A stretch of DNA of 64,000 nt from Winogradskyella sp. (GCA_004211785.1 SHBX01000012.1:1368-65367), one strand, 5' to 3'; shown: positions 37,954 through 48,313, counted from the stretch's first letter. The notes: generated by a model from the letters alone, not told the origin. Numbers and translations are program-made.

Positions 37954-39330
37954 ATGCGACAAGACCTCAAATTATTTTCAGAATTATGTGATTTTCTAAT
38001 TGAAGAAGAGCAAAAAAATCCTGTTGCACAGCCTATACCTACATCAGAATTATTTCAGAAATTAGATTTAAGACTTAATAATGAAGGTGTTGTTGATGAG
38101 ATATTGACCTCTACTTTAAAGTCAGTCATTAAACACACACCAAAAACTGCTTCAAAATCTTTTTTCAATCAATTATTTGGTGGTCGCATTGGCAAAGCAG
38201 CTCTCGGAGATTTACTATCTGTAATGCTTAACAATAGCATGTATACTTATAAAGTTGCTGGCCCACAAGTTGGTATTGAAAAAGAAATCATAGATAATAT
38301 TTGTAGACTATCTGGTTACCCAAAAGGCAGTGGAGGTACTTTAGCAGCTGGAGGTTCAATGACCAACCTCATGGCCTTATTAATGGCTCGTGATTTAAAA
38401 TTTCCTGAAATTAGAACTCAAGGTATTTCACAAAAAATAACACTATACACCTCAGAAGCATCACATTATTCTACTTCAAAAAATGCTGTATTAACTGGCA
38501 TTGGAAGAAAACAAGTGCGGTTTATCAAAACCAATGACAAAGGTGAGATGAGTGCTTCTCATCTGGAAAGTGTTATAATAAATGATATTAAAGAAGGTTA
38601 TAAACCATTTTTTGTAAATGCTACAGCTGGAACAACGGTACTCGGTGCTTTTGATAATATTAAATCCCTAAGTGAAATTTCCAAAAAATATGGCTTATGG
38701 CTTCACATAGATGGCGCGTATTGCGGAAGTGTCATCTTTAGTAAAAAGTATAAGCACTTGGTTAATGGGCTGGAATTCTCAGATTCTTTTAGTCTAAATG
38801 GACATAAAATGCTGGGTACACCTTTAGGGTGTTCAATTATTGTTACTAAGCACAAAGCACAACTTCATCACTCGTTTTCTAATGAGGCAGACTATCTATA
38901 CCAAACCGATGGTGATGACTTTAACCTAGGCAAAACATCATTACAATGCGGAAGACGTAACGACGCTTTAAAGTTATGGACGCTATGGAAATCTATTGGC
39001 ACTAATGGACTAGAGCGTATTGTAGATCATCAATTTGAATTAGCTGAAACAGCAAGAGATTACATCAACAATCATCCAGATTATACGCTTTATAGTTTTG
39101 ACGATTCTATTTCGGTTTGTTTTAATTATAAAGATATACCTGCAAGCGTACTTTGCACAGCACTTTATGAAGATTCACAATTAATGGTTGGATTTGGAAA
39201 ATTTCAAGAGACAGAATTTGTACGCATGGTTACCATAAATACAGTCTTAGAAAAAGAAGATATTATTAATTTCTTCGCCACAATAGAAACCTATGTATCT
39301 AAACATTTGTTAAAAAACGTGGTCTCATAG
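37954..39330 (+). CDS. Group II PLP-dependent decarboxylase (GAD/CSAD-like)
   Basis: FFNQLFGG, SHYS, ATAGTTVLGAFD, LHIDGAY, GHKML (PLP Lys), LQCGRRNDALKLW. Confidence 0.88.
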   Translation: MRQDLKLFSELCDFLIEEEQKNPVAQPIPTSELFQKLDLRLNNEGVVDEILTSTLKSVIKHTPKTASKSFFNQLFGGRIGKAALGDLLSVMLNNSMYTYKVAGPQVGIEKEIIDNICRLSGYPKGSGGTLAAGGSMTNLMALLMARDLKFPEIRTQGISQKITLYTSEASHYSTSKNAVLTGIGRKQVRFIKTNDKGEMSASHLESVIINDIKEGYKPFFVNATAGTTVLGAFDNIKSLSEISKKYGLWLHIDGAYCGSVIFSKKYKHLVNGLEFSDSFSLNGHKMLGTPLGCSIIVTKHKAQLHHSFSNEADYLYQTDGDDFNLGKTSLQCGRRNDALKLWTLWKSIGTNGLERIVDHQFELAETARDYINNHPDYTLYSFDDSISVCFNYKDIPASVLCTALYEDSQLMVGFGKFQETEFVRMVTINTVLEKEDIINFFATIETYVSKHLLKNVVS

Positions 39331-39387
39331 TACAACTTTAATTAACAAATAAAAAAATACCTTATCTTCGTAAGGAACAAAAAAGCA

Positions 39388-39774
39388 ATGGTACAACAAG
39401 TTACGAGCGGAATTAAAATTTCGGTAGAAACTGATTTTGAAGGTACATTTTATAAAAACTATAAAATGAACTTCGCCTTCGCATACAAAATCACCATTGA
39501 AAATCAGAGTAAAGACGTGGTGCAACTCAACTCGCGTTACTGGAAAATTAAAGATGCCTTAAATAATATTGAAGTTGTCCGTGGCGAAGGTGTTATTGGT
39601 AAAAAACCTATTATACAGCCTGGGGAATCTCACACCTACAATTCTGGATGTTTATTAACCTCTCCTTTTGGAAGTATGCACGGCTATTACAACATGGTTA
39701 ATTTTTCGAACTCAAAAAAGTTTAAAGTTTATATTCCTTCCTTTAAGTTAAGTGCACCTTTTTCGCTTAATTAA
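39388..39774 (+). CDS. apaG: ApaG protein
   Basis: FAYKITIEN, VQL.SRYW.I, V.GEGVIGKKP, Y.SGC.L. Confidence 0.93.
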   Translation: MVQQVTSGIKISVETDFEGTFYKNYKMNFAFAYKITIENQSKDVVQLNSRYWKIKDALNNIEVVRGEGVIGKKPIIQPGESHTYNSGCLLTSPFGSMHGYYNMVNFSNSKKFKVYIPSFKLSAPFSLN

Positions 39775-40778
39775 GATTCAAAGTGTTTTACAAATTCGAA
39801 GCGAAATGTTTTTGACTCTTGTTCAATATGAAAGAATTTACAGTTTGAATAATGCTTAAATTGATATCTCGAATTAATTTCGAATCCATCAGAATCTATT
39901 TTATAAACGCCATCACAATCAATATTCCCATATGGCGAAATTCTTTTGAACCTATATTCCTCTTTAAGTCCTATATCATAAATTTCAAACCATGCGCCCG
40001 CTGCAATACCACTTAGCCATTGCGCGTGTTTAGCTTTAACCTCATTATCCTTAGGTATAATTGTACCAATTATACTGGGATTGTAACCTTTTAACGTATC
40101 TAAAAATAAGCGTCTATTCTCTTTACTGACCGTAGATGCAAATTCATTTATTTCGCCTTTATCAGTAATTCTGTAAACAAAGTCTTCAGTATCTGCAATA
40201 ACAACATTACCAATTGTACTTGGTGTAAACCACTTTGATTTTATAAGCTTTGTTTTTAAAGTACCATCTGTTACAGAAGCTATTAAGGCATCGGTAACAA
40301 AACGTGCACAATTACAGGCTTCGCCAGCGAAAGCTGCATATCGAATAAAACCTTCATTTTGTCTTTCAGTAATATGCATCCTCGCTAAATCATAACTTAC
40401 AGAATCACATACTGAAGCATATAAATCACCATCACCATGTGTTAACTTTGGATGAGTTGCTAAAAACTTTAAAAGTTCTTCAATATTCTGAATTTTATCA
40501 TCTTTAATTTCGGCTTTTATAGGAAAATTGAGTTCAAAATCAGTTTCTCTACCTCTTACCCTACCATTTGGAGAAGCTGTTATATAACGACCAAAGTCAT
40601 GATACTCTAAAACTCCGGTTTTTTTATCAATCAATACCAATGCTGCATGGCCTGCTCTAACATGTTTTTTATTCCCAACAAATAAGAATCGTAGAAATTT
40701 TGAATACCATTCTTCAGCATGAGACACAATGGTTTCTGGATAAGCCATTGTAATTATAAAGGCATCATTTTTTTGCAT
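39771..40778 (-). CDS. Conserved hypothetical protein (DUF6695-like), possible permuted papain fold
   Basis: 335-aa ORF with GHAAL..YHDFGRY and NCARFV. Confidence 0.65.
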   Translation of the reverse strand: MQKNDAFIITMAYPETIVSHAEEWYSKFLRFLFVGNKKHVRAGHAALVLIDKKTGVLEYHDFGRYITASPNGRVRGRETDFELNFPIKAEIKDDKIQNIEELLKFLATHPKLTHGDGDLYASVCDSVSYDLARMHITERQNEGFIRYAAFAGEACNCARFVTDALIASVTDGTLKTKLIKSKWFTPSTIGNVVIADTEDFVYRITDKGEINEFASTVSKENRRLFLDTLKGYNPSIIGTIIPKDNEVKAKHAQWLSGIAAGAWFEIYDIGLKEEYRFKRISPYGNIDCDGVYKIDSDGFEINSRYQFKHYSNCKFFHIEQESKTFRFEFVKHFES

Positions 40779-40900
40779 ATAAAAAATAAAAATATTTCAC
40801 AGATAAGGAGTCTCTTTTGTGGGCATGAACTTACAAAAATTTATTTTGATATAGCGATTTCAAGCAACTTCAAAAAAACACTTTTGTTTTATAAATATTG

Positions 40901-40908
40901 TACCTTTG
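40901..40908 (+). promoter_or_regulatory. -7 promoter element for pruA
   Basis: TACCTTTG with upstream TTTG. Confidence 0.6.
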
Positions 40909-40947
40909 CACTTTCAAATTAAATCAAATTATTAAAACATCATAACT

Positions 40948-42573
40948 ATGGCAAACGGATTCTTTAATGTACCAGTAGCGGTAAATGAACCTGTAAAATC
41001 TTACGCTCCAGGATCTCCTGAACGTGAAGCTGTTGCTGCAGCTTACAAATCAATGTTTAACAGTAAAGTTGAAGTTCCATTATACATAAACGGAAAAGAT
41101 GTAAAGACTGGTAATACCAGAACTATGTCTCCTCCACATGACCACCAACATATAGTTGGCGAATATCACCTAGCTGAAAAATCTCATATAGATGACGCTA
41201 TTTCAACAGCTTTAGAAGCCCGCAAATCTTGGTCGCAAATGCCATGGGAACAACGTGCTGGTATCTTTTTAAAAGCTGCTGAATTAATTGCTGGTCCTTA
41301 CCGTGCAAAGATTAATGCAGCTACTATGATAGCGCAATCAAAAACGATACACCAAGCAGAAATTGATGCCGCTTGCGAGTTTATTGATTTTTTACGTTTT
41401 AACGTTCAGTTTATGACTGATATTTACATGGAACAACCTGAAAGCACAAGTGATGCTTGGAACCGTGTTGAGTATCGTCCACTTGAAGGTTTCACTTATG
41501 CAGTAACACCTTTTAACTTTACAGCAATTGCAGGTAATTTACCAGCATGTATGGCTCTAATGGGAAATGTTGTTGTTTGGAAACCTAGTGATAGTCAAGT
41601 CTATTCTGCAAAAGTCATAATGGATGTTTTTAAAGAAGCTGGTGTACCAGACGGTGTTATCAATGTTGTTTTTGGTGACCCAGTTATGATTACTAATACT
41701 GTTTTAGCTAGTCCTGATTTTTCAGGATTACACTTTACAGGTTCTACTTTTATATTTAAAGAATTGTGGAAGCAAATTGGAGAGAATATTCATAATTACA
41801 AAACCTATCCAAGAATAGTTGGTGAAACTGGTGGTAAAGATTTTATAGTAGCTCATAAGTCTGCAAATGCAAAACAAGTAGCCACTGCAATTGCTCGTGG
41901 CGCTTTTGAATTCCAAGGACAAAAATGTAGTGCAGCGTCTCGTGCTTATGTTCCAAAAGGCATTTGGAACGATGTGAAAAAACACCTTTTAGAAGACATT
42001 AAGTCTTTTAAAATGGGCTCTCCAGAAGACATGAGTAATTTTATTACAGCAGTAATCCATGAAGGTTCTTTTGATAAATTAGCAAAATATATTGATGGTG
42101 CTAAAGCGGATAGTAATGCCGAAATTATTGCAGGTGGTAATTACGATAAATCTAAAGGTTATTTTATTGAGCCAACAGTTATTGTCGCTTCTGACCCAAA
42201 ATATACGACAATGTGCACAGAGCTTTTTGGCCCAGTAATTACTATTTATGTTTACGAAGATGATGCCTATTCTGAAACATTAAAATTAGTTGACGAAACA
42301 AGTGAATATGCATTAACAGGCGCTATAATATCTACTGACAGATATGCAGTGGAAGAAGCTACAAAAGCTTTACAAAACTCAGCAGGTAACTTCTATATCA
42401 ATGATAAGCCAACAGGCGCTGTTGTTGGTCAACAACCATTTGGTGGCGCTAGAGCATCAGGAACAAATGACAAAGCCGGTAGTGCACAAAATTTATTACG
42501 CTGGGTATCGCCTAGATTAATAAAAGAAACATTCGTAACTCCTACTGATTATAGATATCCTTTCTTAGGATAA
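40948..42573 (+). CDS. pruA: 1-pyrroline-5-carboxylate (glutamate semialdehyde) dehydrogenase
   Basis: EIDAACE.IDFLRFN, PFNFTAI, GETGGKDF, FQGQKCSA, GTNDKAG. Confidence 0.95.
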   Translation: MANGFFNVPVAVNEPVKSYAPGSPEREAVAAAYKSMFNSKVEVPLYINGKDVKTGNTRTMSPPHDHQHIVGEYHLAEKSHIDDAISTALEARKSWSQMPWEQRAGIFLKAAELIAGPYRAKINAATMIAQSKTIHQAEIDAACEFIDFLRFNVQFMTDIYMEQPESTSDAWNRVEYRPLEGFTYAVTPFNFTAIAGNLPACMALMGNVVVWKPSDSQVYSAKVIMDVFKEAGVPDGVINVVFGDPVMITNTVLASPDFSGLHFTGSTFIFKELWKQIGENIHNYKTYPRIVGETGGKDFIVAHKSANAKQVATAIARGAFEFQGQKCSAASRAYVPKGIWNDVKKHLLEDIKSFKMGSPEDMSNFITAVIHEGSFDKLAKYIDGAKADSNAEIIAGGNYDKSKGYFIEPTVIVASDPKYTTMCTELFGPVITIYVYEDDAYSETLKLVDETSEYALTGAIISTDRYAVEEATKALQNSAGNFYINDKPTGAVVGQQPFGGARASGTNDKAGSAQNLLRWVSPRLIKETFVTPTDYRYPFLG

Positions 42574-42594
42574 TCTCTAAACATTATAATTTCC

Positions 42595-42629
42595 AAAAAC
42601 CCTTTAGTATTTAACCTAAAGGGTTTTTT
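42595..42629 (+). terminator. Intrinsic terminator after pruA
   Basis: AAAAACCCTTTAG/CTAAAGGGTTTTT stem plus T-tract. Confidence 0.8.
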
Positions 42630-42675
42630 GTTTTTAACTATCTTTATAAACCATTAATCAAGAACTATTTATCAT

Positions 42676-44379
42676 ATGAAAAAAATCTACACGTTATCCT
42701 TTTTATTATTTTCATTTTTAGGACGCTCACAAGTGACTCCGGTTACTATTACCTCTGATTTAACAGCAGACTTATCTGGCTACACTGGAGCCACTGAATT
42801 TGCTGGACAAGCTGAATATTTTGTTTATCTGAGTACCGATGACATTTTAGACAGACCTATTTTTTTAATAGACGGATTTGATCCTGGAGATACAAGAAAC
42901 ATTGACGCATTGTATGCCTCTTTGGATTACACAGGCAACCCAAACTTTACAAATCTTGGTGATGAATTAAGAGCAGAAGGTTTTGATATTGTTGTGGTTA
43001 ATTTCCCGACTTATATGAATTCTGGATCAGAAGTTGATGGCGGCGCGGATTTTATAGAAAGAAATGCGCTAACATTAATCGCACTTATTGAAGATATAAA
43101 TACTGAAAAAGCAATAGCAAGTTCGCCTGAACAAAATATAATTATCGGTCCAAGTATGGGTGGTTTAATTTCTAGATATGCTTTAAATTATATGGAAGGC
43201 AATATGCTAGATTCAGATACAAGTCTATGGATTTCTCTAGATGCGCCTCACCTAGGAGCTAACATTCCTATTGGGCTTCAGCATCAGTTAAATTTTTTAG
43301 CTTTTGGTCTCGATGTAGGTGGCTTAGTTGGTAATCAAAACGTCACCGAATTACAACCACTAATTAATGATTATTTATACTCACCAGCTGCACGTCAATT
43401 ATTAGTGGACCACATAGAGCCACATTTGGCTGCAAATGGATACGATTTTACTGGGTCAACTTTACCAATACCTGATGATTACCGCATTCAGTTTGAAACT
43501 AATATTAATAGTTTCAATTCACCATACCCGCAAAACACAAGAAATATAGCTGTAACAAACGGTAATGTTTTTGACAGTACGACTAACAACTATTACTTTG
43601 CAAACGGAGATTCTGGTACTCAGGTTGGACCAGGATTTGAAATAATAAATGCTTCATTTCCAGTATCTATCATCACAGTAGATATTGTTATTAACATGAC
43701 TCCAACTTCAGGAACTCCCTCTACAGTAAGTTCATTTTCATCTTTAGTAAGAAATTCATCTGCGTCATCTGGAACTGATAATTATAATGGAATTGATGCT
43801 GCGCCTGGTGGTTTATTTGACCTAACGAACCTTACAGGAGACGTCCCTATGACAGGGCTCGCCGCAGATTTTCTAGCCGCATTACAAATAGATAAATTTA
43901 GCTTTATACCAACTGTAAGCGCTTTAGGCTTGGAAATTACAGAAGAACCTACTGGCGGTGATGACATTAATTGGTTTCATGATATAAACATTACTAATAC
44001 TAGAGCTACAACAGACAACACACCTTTTGACAACACATATATACCACTAACGAACGAAACTCACGTAGCCATAACTCCTGGTAATGCTACATTTATATTA
44101 GATGAAATCAGACAAACAGTTTTGAGTTCTAATTCAGAAATTCTAACAAGTTTTCAATTAGAAAGCAACCCTATAAAAGATAAGTTGGTTTTATTATCAA
44201 ATAGTAACCAAAATACTTCAATATCTATTATGGACTTAACAGGGAAACTAATTTTTAAAACTCAAACTGAACTAAATAATAGAACAGAAATCCCAGTAAA
44301 CCTCAATTCTGGCTTTTATATTTTAAATATAGAAGGAGAAAACAACTCAAGATATACTACTAAATTTATAGTCAATTAA
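42676..44379 (+). CDS. T9SS-secreted alpha/beta hydrolase (type-A CTD)
   Basis: Signal peptide; DGFDPGD, GPSMGG nucleophile elbow, DAPHLGANIP; CTD NPIKD..IMDLTGK..LNSGFYIL..TKFIV. Confidence 0.85.
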   Translation: MKKIYTLSFLLFSFLGRSQVTPVTITSDLTADLSGYTGATEFAGQAEYFVYLSTDDILDRPIFLIDGFDPGDTRNIDALYASLDYTGNPNFTNLGDELRAEGFDIVVVNFPTYMNSGSEVDGGADFIERNALTLIALIEDINTEKAIASSPEQNIIIGPSMGGLISRYALNYMEGNMLDSDTSLWISLDAPHLGANIPIGLQHQLNFLAFGLDVGGLVGNQNVTELQPLINDYLYSPAARQLLVDHIEPHLAANGYDFTGSTLPIPDDYRIQFETNINSFNSPYPQNTRNIAVTNGNVFDSTTNNYYFANGDSGTQVGPGFEIINASFPVSIITVDIVINMTPTSGTPSTVSSFSSLVRNSSASSGTDNYNGIDAAPGGLFDLTNLTGDVPMTGLAADFLAALQIDKFSFIPTVSALGLEITEEPTGGDDINWFHDINITNTRATTDNTPFDNTYIPLTNETHVAITPGNATFILDEIRQTVLSSNSEILTSFQLESNPIKDKLVLLSNSNQNTSISIMDLTGKLIFKTQTELNNRTEIPVNLNSGFYILNIEGENNSRYTTKFIVN

Positions 44380-44392
44380 TTTAAGTACAAAT

Positions 44393-44419
44393 AAAAAGCG
44401 CCTAATTACGGCGCTTTTT
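44393..44419. terminator. Bidirectional terminator
   Basis: AAAAAGCGCC/GGCGCTTTTT between convergent genes. Confidence 0.8.
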
Positions 44420-45044
44420 ATTTGTATTTAACTGGCAGGTATACCACCTTTTTGGTTTCAAAAAAATCCTCATCAAAATAATCGGTTAACGGAAATAATT
44501 TTACGGTTGTATACTGTTTTAATTCTTCAGACAAGTCACCGCCTTTTAGATAAAGAATGCCATTTTTAAATGTATTTTTTTGCGCTTTCTTTATTTTCCC
44601 TTTTATCCATTTTGTGAATTCTGGCATTGCTGTTACTGCACGACTTACTATAAAATCATATTGTTCGTCTATAGCCTCTACTCTACTATGAGTAGTTCTT
44701 ATATTTTCAAGATTTAATGCTTCCGCAACACCATTAATCACCTTTAATTTTTTATTAATACTATCTACTAAATGAAATTGGCATTCAGGAAAAAATATAG
44801 CCAAAGGCACACCCGGAAATCCACCACCAGTACCAACATCTAACACGGAAGAACCATCTGAAAAAGGCATCACTTTTGCAATAGCCAAAGAATGAAGCAC
44901 ATGTCTTAAATACAGTTCATCTATATCTTTACGAGAGATAACATTTATCTTAGAATTCCACTCTTTATACAAGGGCAATAAGGCTTCAAATTGCTCAATT
45001 TGATAGGCTGTTAGATTAGGAAAGTATTTTAAAATGAGGTCCAT
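44418..45044 (-). CDS. rsmG: 16S rRNA m7G527 methyltransferase
   Basis: WNSKINVIS, HVLHSL, DVGTGGGFPG, SRAV, LKGG. Confidence 0.96.
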   Translation of the reverse strand: MDLILKYFPNLTAYQIEQFEALLPLYKEWNSKINVISRKDIDELYLRHVLHSLAIAKVMPFSDGSSVLDVGTGGGFPGVPLAIFFPECQFHLVDSINKKLKVINGVAEALNLENIRTTHSRVEAIDEQYDFIVSRAVTAMPEFTKWIKGKIKKAQKNTFKNGILYLKGGDLSEELKQYTTVKLFPLTDYFDEDFFETKKVVYLPVKYK

Positions 45045-45186
45045 TATATCGTTTTGGCAAAAATAGTTAATTTTAAAATTGATAATTTAACATCATGTTG
45101 TTAATCCGACATATTAATTAATTATCTTTGCCCTTTCTATACTTAACCCATCTTTGATCCGTTAAGTTTTAAAATTTAGAATACTT

Positions 45187-46290
45187 ATGAATACCCAAAA
45201 AGCGCTTACTTTCTCCCGAAAAGATTCTGCAAAATTTTTCAGAACTCTTAACAAACGTGTAAACGACTACTTTAAAGAAAACAACATTAAACGTACAGGA
45301 AACTATAAACTATGGATTAAAACCATAGTCATGTTTGCTCTGTTTATAACACCTTACTTTTTATTACTAACATTAAATATTCCTACATGGGCACAATTAC
45401 TACTTACTGTAGTTATGGGCATAGGTATGGCTGGTGTTGGTATGAATGTTATGCACGATGGTAATCATGGTTCTTATTCAAATAGAGAATGGATTAACCG
45501 TTTAATGGGAAGTAGTATTTATATTCTTGCAGGAAACGTATATAACTGGAAAGTGCAACATAACGTATTACACCACACGTATACTAATATTCATGGGCAT
45601 GATGAAGACTTAGAAGCTGGACGCATTTTACGTTTTTCTGAACATGCAAAATGGCATAAGCATCACAAGTTTCAGCATTACTATTCTATTTTGCTATATG
45701 GGTTATTGACAATTAATTGGGCAATAACTACTGATTTTCAGCAAATGTATCGTTACATGAAACGCAAACTTTCTTATGGAAAACTACCAAATCCAGTTGT
45801 CAATTGGAGTAAGCTCGTTATCTCAAAGCTAATTTACGTAAGTATGTGGATTGTCATTCCAATTGTTTTAACTGACTTAGCATGGTATAAGGTTTTAATT
45901 GGATTTTTGTTAATGCATTATGTAGCTGGATTAATTTTAAGTATTGTTTTTCAATTAGCACACGTTATGGATGAAGCAGAAATGCCAATGCCAGAGAAAG
46001 ATGGTACTATGAAAAATACATGGGCTATCCACCAATTAAAAACTACAGTCAACTTTGGTGCTAAAAGCTGGTTTATAAACTGGTATACTGGTGGACTAAA
46101 TCACCAAGTAGAGCACCATATTTTCCCAAACATTAGCCATGTACATTATGGGAAAATTGCTAAAATTGTTAAGGATACTGCCAAAGAGTTTAATTTACCA
46201 TATAAAGAGTACAAAACCACTAGAAAAGCTATTGCAGCACATTTTAGGTTTTTGAAAGAAATGGGGATGAAACCAGCAATACAAGCATAA
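45187..46290 (+). CDS. Membrane fatty acid (acyl-CoA) desaturase
   Basis: His boxes HDGNH, HNVLHH, HQVEHH. Confidence 0.92.
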   Translation: MNTQKALTFSRKDSAKFFRTLNKRVNDYFKENNIKRTGNYKLWIKTIVMFALFITPYFLLLTLNIPTWAQLLLTVVMGIGMAGVGMNVMHDGNHGSYSNREWINRLMGSSIYILAGNVYNWKVQHNVLHHTYTNIHGHDEDLEAGRILRFSEHAKWHKHHKFQHYYSILLYGLLTINWAITTDFQQMYRYMKRKLSYGKLPNPVVNWSKLVISKLIYVSMWIVIPIVLTDLAWYKVLIGFLLMHYVAGLILSIVFQLAHVMDEAEMPMPEKDGTMKNTWAIHQLKTTVNFGAKSWFINWYTGGLNHQVEHHIFPNISHVHYGKIAKIVKDTAKEFNLPYKEYKTTRKAIAAHFRFLKEMGMKPAIQA

Positions 46291-46311
46291 ACCACACATA
46301 ACCAACTACGC

Positions 46312-47496
46312 ATGAACCAACTTTCTGATAGAATTAACAATCTATCGACCTCAGCTACTTTAGCTATGGCTGCTAAAGCAAGAGAATTAAGAGAAGAAGG
46401 AAAAGATATTATAGGACTTAGCCTTGGTGAACCAGATTTTGACACACCAGATTTTGTTAAAGAGGCAGCAATCCAAGCGGTAAAAGACAATTATAATAGT
46501 TACACACCTGTTGATGGTTATGCAGAACTTAAGGATGCCATTATCACGAAATTTAAACGCGACAATCATTTAGACTACAATCGCCAACAAATTGTTGTTT
46601 CTACTGGTGCCAAACAGTCTTTGTTTAATATTGCTTCTGTAATGCTTAACGACGGCGATGAGGTGATTTTGCCTTGTCCGTATTGGGTAAGTTATAGCGA
46701 TATTGTAAAACTTAATGGTGGTTTACCAGTCGAAGTCAAAACATCAATTGATGATGATTTTAAAATGACGCCTTCTCAACTTGAAGCTGCTATTACTCCA
46801 AAAACCAAAATGATTTGGTACAGTTCTCCTTGTAACCCAAGTGGCTCTGTATATAGCAAAGAAGAGCTTAGAGCATTAGCAGATGTACTACAAAAATATC
46901 CTAATATTTATGTGGTTTCTGATGAAATCTATGAGCATATCAACTTTGTTGGCGGACATTGTAGTATGGCTCAATTTGAGGATATGTTTGAAAGAACCAT
47001 AACTGTAAATGGTGTATCTAAAGCTTTTGCAATGACTGGATGGCGAATAGGTTACATTGGTGCACCAACAACAATAGCTAGAGCTTGTAATAAAATTCAA
47101 GGTCAAGTAACTAGCGGCGCCAATTGTATAGCGCAGCGTGCAGTAATTTCTGCATTAGAAGCCTCTCCAGACAACGTACAATATATGATTGATGAGTTTA
47201 AAGAACGTCGTCAATTGATATTAGGTTTACTTAGAGAAATTGATGGATTCTCTTGTAATGAACCTGAAGGTGCTTTCTATGTCTTCCCAGATATTTCCGC
47301 TTATTTTGGAAAAACCCTTAAAGGGCAAAGTATAGATAATGCTTCAGAATTTGCCATGTATCTTTTAGAAAACGCAAATGTAGCAACTGTTACAGGTGAA
47401 GCCTTTGGCAACCCTAATTGCGTCCGTATTTCGTACGCTGCATCTCAAGAACAAATTATTGAAGCTATAAAACGTATTAAAGATGCTTTAAGCTAG
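46312..47496 (+). CDS. Aspartate aminotransferase (class I/II PLP)
   Basis: GEPDF, GAKQ, PCNPSG, SDEIYE, SKAFAMTGWRIG. Confidence 0.92.
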   Translation: MNQLSDRINNLSTSATLAMAAKARELREEGKDIIGLSLGEPDFDTPDFVKEAAIQAVKDNYNSYTPVDGYAELKDAIITKFKRDNHLDYNRQQIVVSTGAKQSLFNIASVMLNDGDEVILPCPYWVSYSDIVKLNGGLPVEVKTSIDDDFKMTPSQLEAAITPKTKMIWYSSPCNPSGSVYSKEELRALADVLQKYPNIYVVSDEIYEHINFVGGHCSMAQFEDMFERTITVNGVSKAFAMTGWRIGYIGAPTTIARACNKIQGQVTSGANCIAQRAVISALEASPDNVQYMIDEFKERRQLILGLLREIDGFSCNEPEGAFYVFPDISAYFGKTLKGQSIDNASEFAMYLLENANVATVTGEAFGNPNCVRISYAASQEQIIEAIKRIKDALS

Positions 47497-47777
47497 TATG
47501 TAAGCAATTCAACAATTCCATCAGAGGAATAAAAAAATGTAAGTAGAAGTCCTAAAAATAAAATTACTGTTAGAACTATAATCTTTAGCATTCTAATTTT
47601 TTGTTCTTCCTTTAATCGTCTTCTAATATCCTTAAGCTGTTTTGCATTAGCTTTAGGTAAATTATATTCTGTCTTTTCGTTTCTATTATATCCACCTAGC
47701 CTATTCTTAAATCTATCACGATTTGGTAGTTGCTTCCTATTATTATTAATTGAAGTATTCATTGCTTGAATAGACAT
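47493..47777 (-). CDS. Small basic protein with C-terminal TM helix
   Basis: 94-aa ORF, hydrophobic C-terminus. Confidence 0.65.
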   Translation of the reverse strand: MSIQAMNTSINNNRKQLPNRDRFKNRLGGYNRNEKTEYNLPKANAKQLKDIRRRLKEEQKIRMLKIIVLTVILFLGLLLTFFYSSDGIVELLTY

Positions 47778-47810
47778 AGTTCTGAGTTTTAAAAATTGAA
47801 AAATGATAAG

Positions 47811-47848
47811 AAAAAAGCTGCTTTTTATTTTAGAATAAAAAGCAGCTT
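47811..47848 (-). terminator. Terminator after 83-aa gene
   Basis: AAGCTGCTTTTTATT/AATAAAAAGCAGCTT stem with T-tract on minus strand. Confidence 0.7.
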
Positions 47849-47875
47849 CAAATAATTAAAATATGTAACCTTGGT

Positions 47876-48127
47876 TTAAAACATAATAGAAAGTACTGTT
47901 ACAAATACTGATAGTTTTAATACCACTCCAATAGCGTGTACGTTATTGAATTGCTTAAATTTTAGACGCTGTCTCATCCCGAAAACTGATGGCTTTGAAG
48001 AATTGATGAAGTTCTGTTGTACCGCAGCTTTGTAATTTGAGTTTAACAAATGCTCGTTTGTATAAACAAACGTTTCTCTGGGTTCGGGTAATGGTTCTGT
48101 TTCAATTGTGTTTAATACTAATTCCAT
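47876..48127 (-). CDS. Small hypothetical membrane protein
   Basis: 83 aa, C-terminal TM, has its own ECF-type promoter and terminator. Confidence 0.65.
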   Translation of the reverse strand: MELVLNTIETEPLPEPRETFVYTNEHLLNSNYKAAVQQNFINSSKPSVFGMRQRLKFKQFNNVHAIGVVLKLSVFVTVLSIMF

Positions 48128-48159
48128 GATTGATAAAAATTAAATGGTTATGCTAATAA

Positions 48160-48185
48160 GACGCTAGTTGATTAAAAATGTTACA
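48160..48185 (-). promoter_or_regulatory. ECF-sigma-type promoter TGTAAC-N16-CGTC
   Basis: About 33 nt upstream of ATG 48127; same boxes and spacing as 21236-21261. Confidence 0.65.
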
Positions 48186-48313
48186 GCATATTCAGTCATA
48201 AACGTTTAAAAACCAACATCCAATATTCGGGAATATTAGTATTTATATAGGCTAGAATAAAATTGATTTTTTTTTGAAAAAAGTTGAAAATTTCTTCTTT
48301 TTCAGAATAAAAC

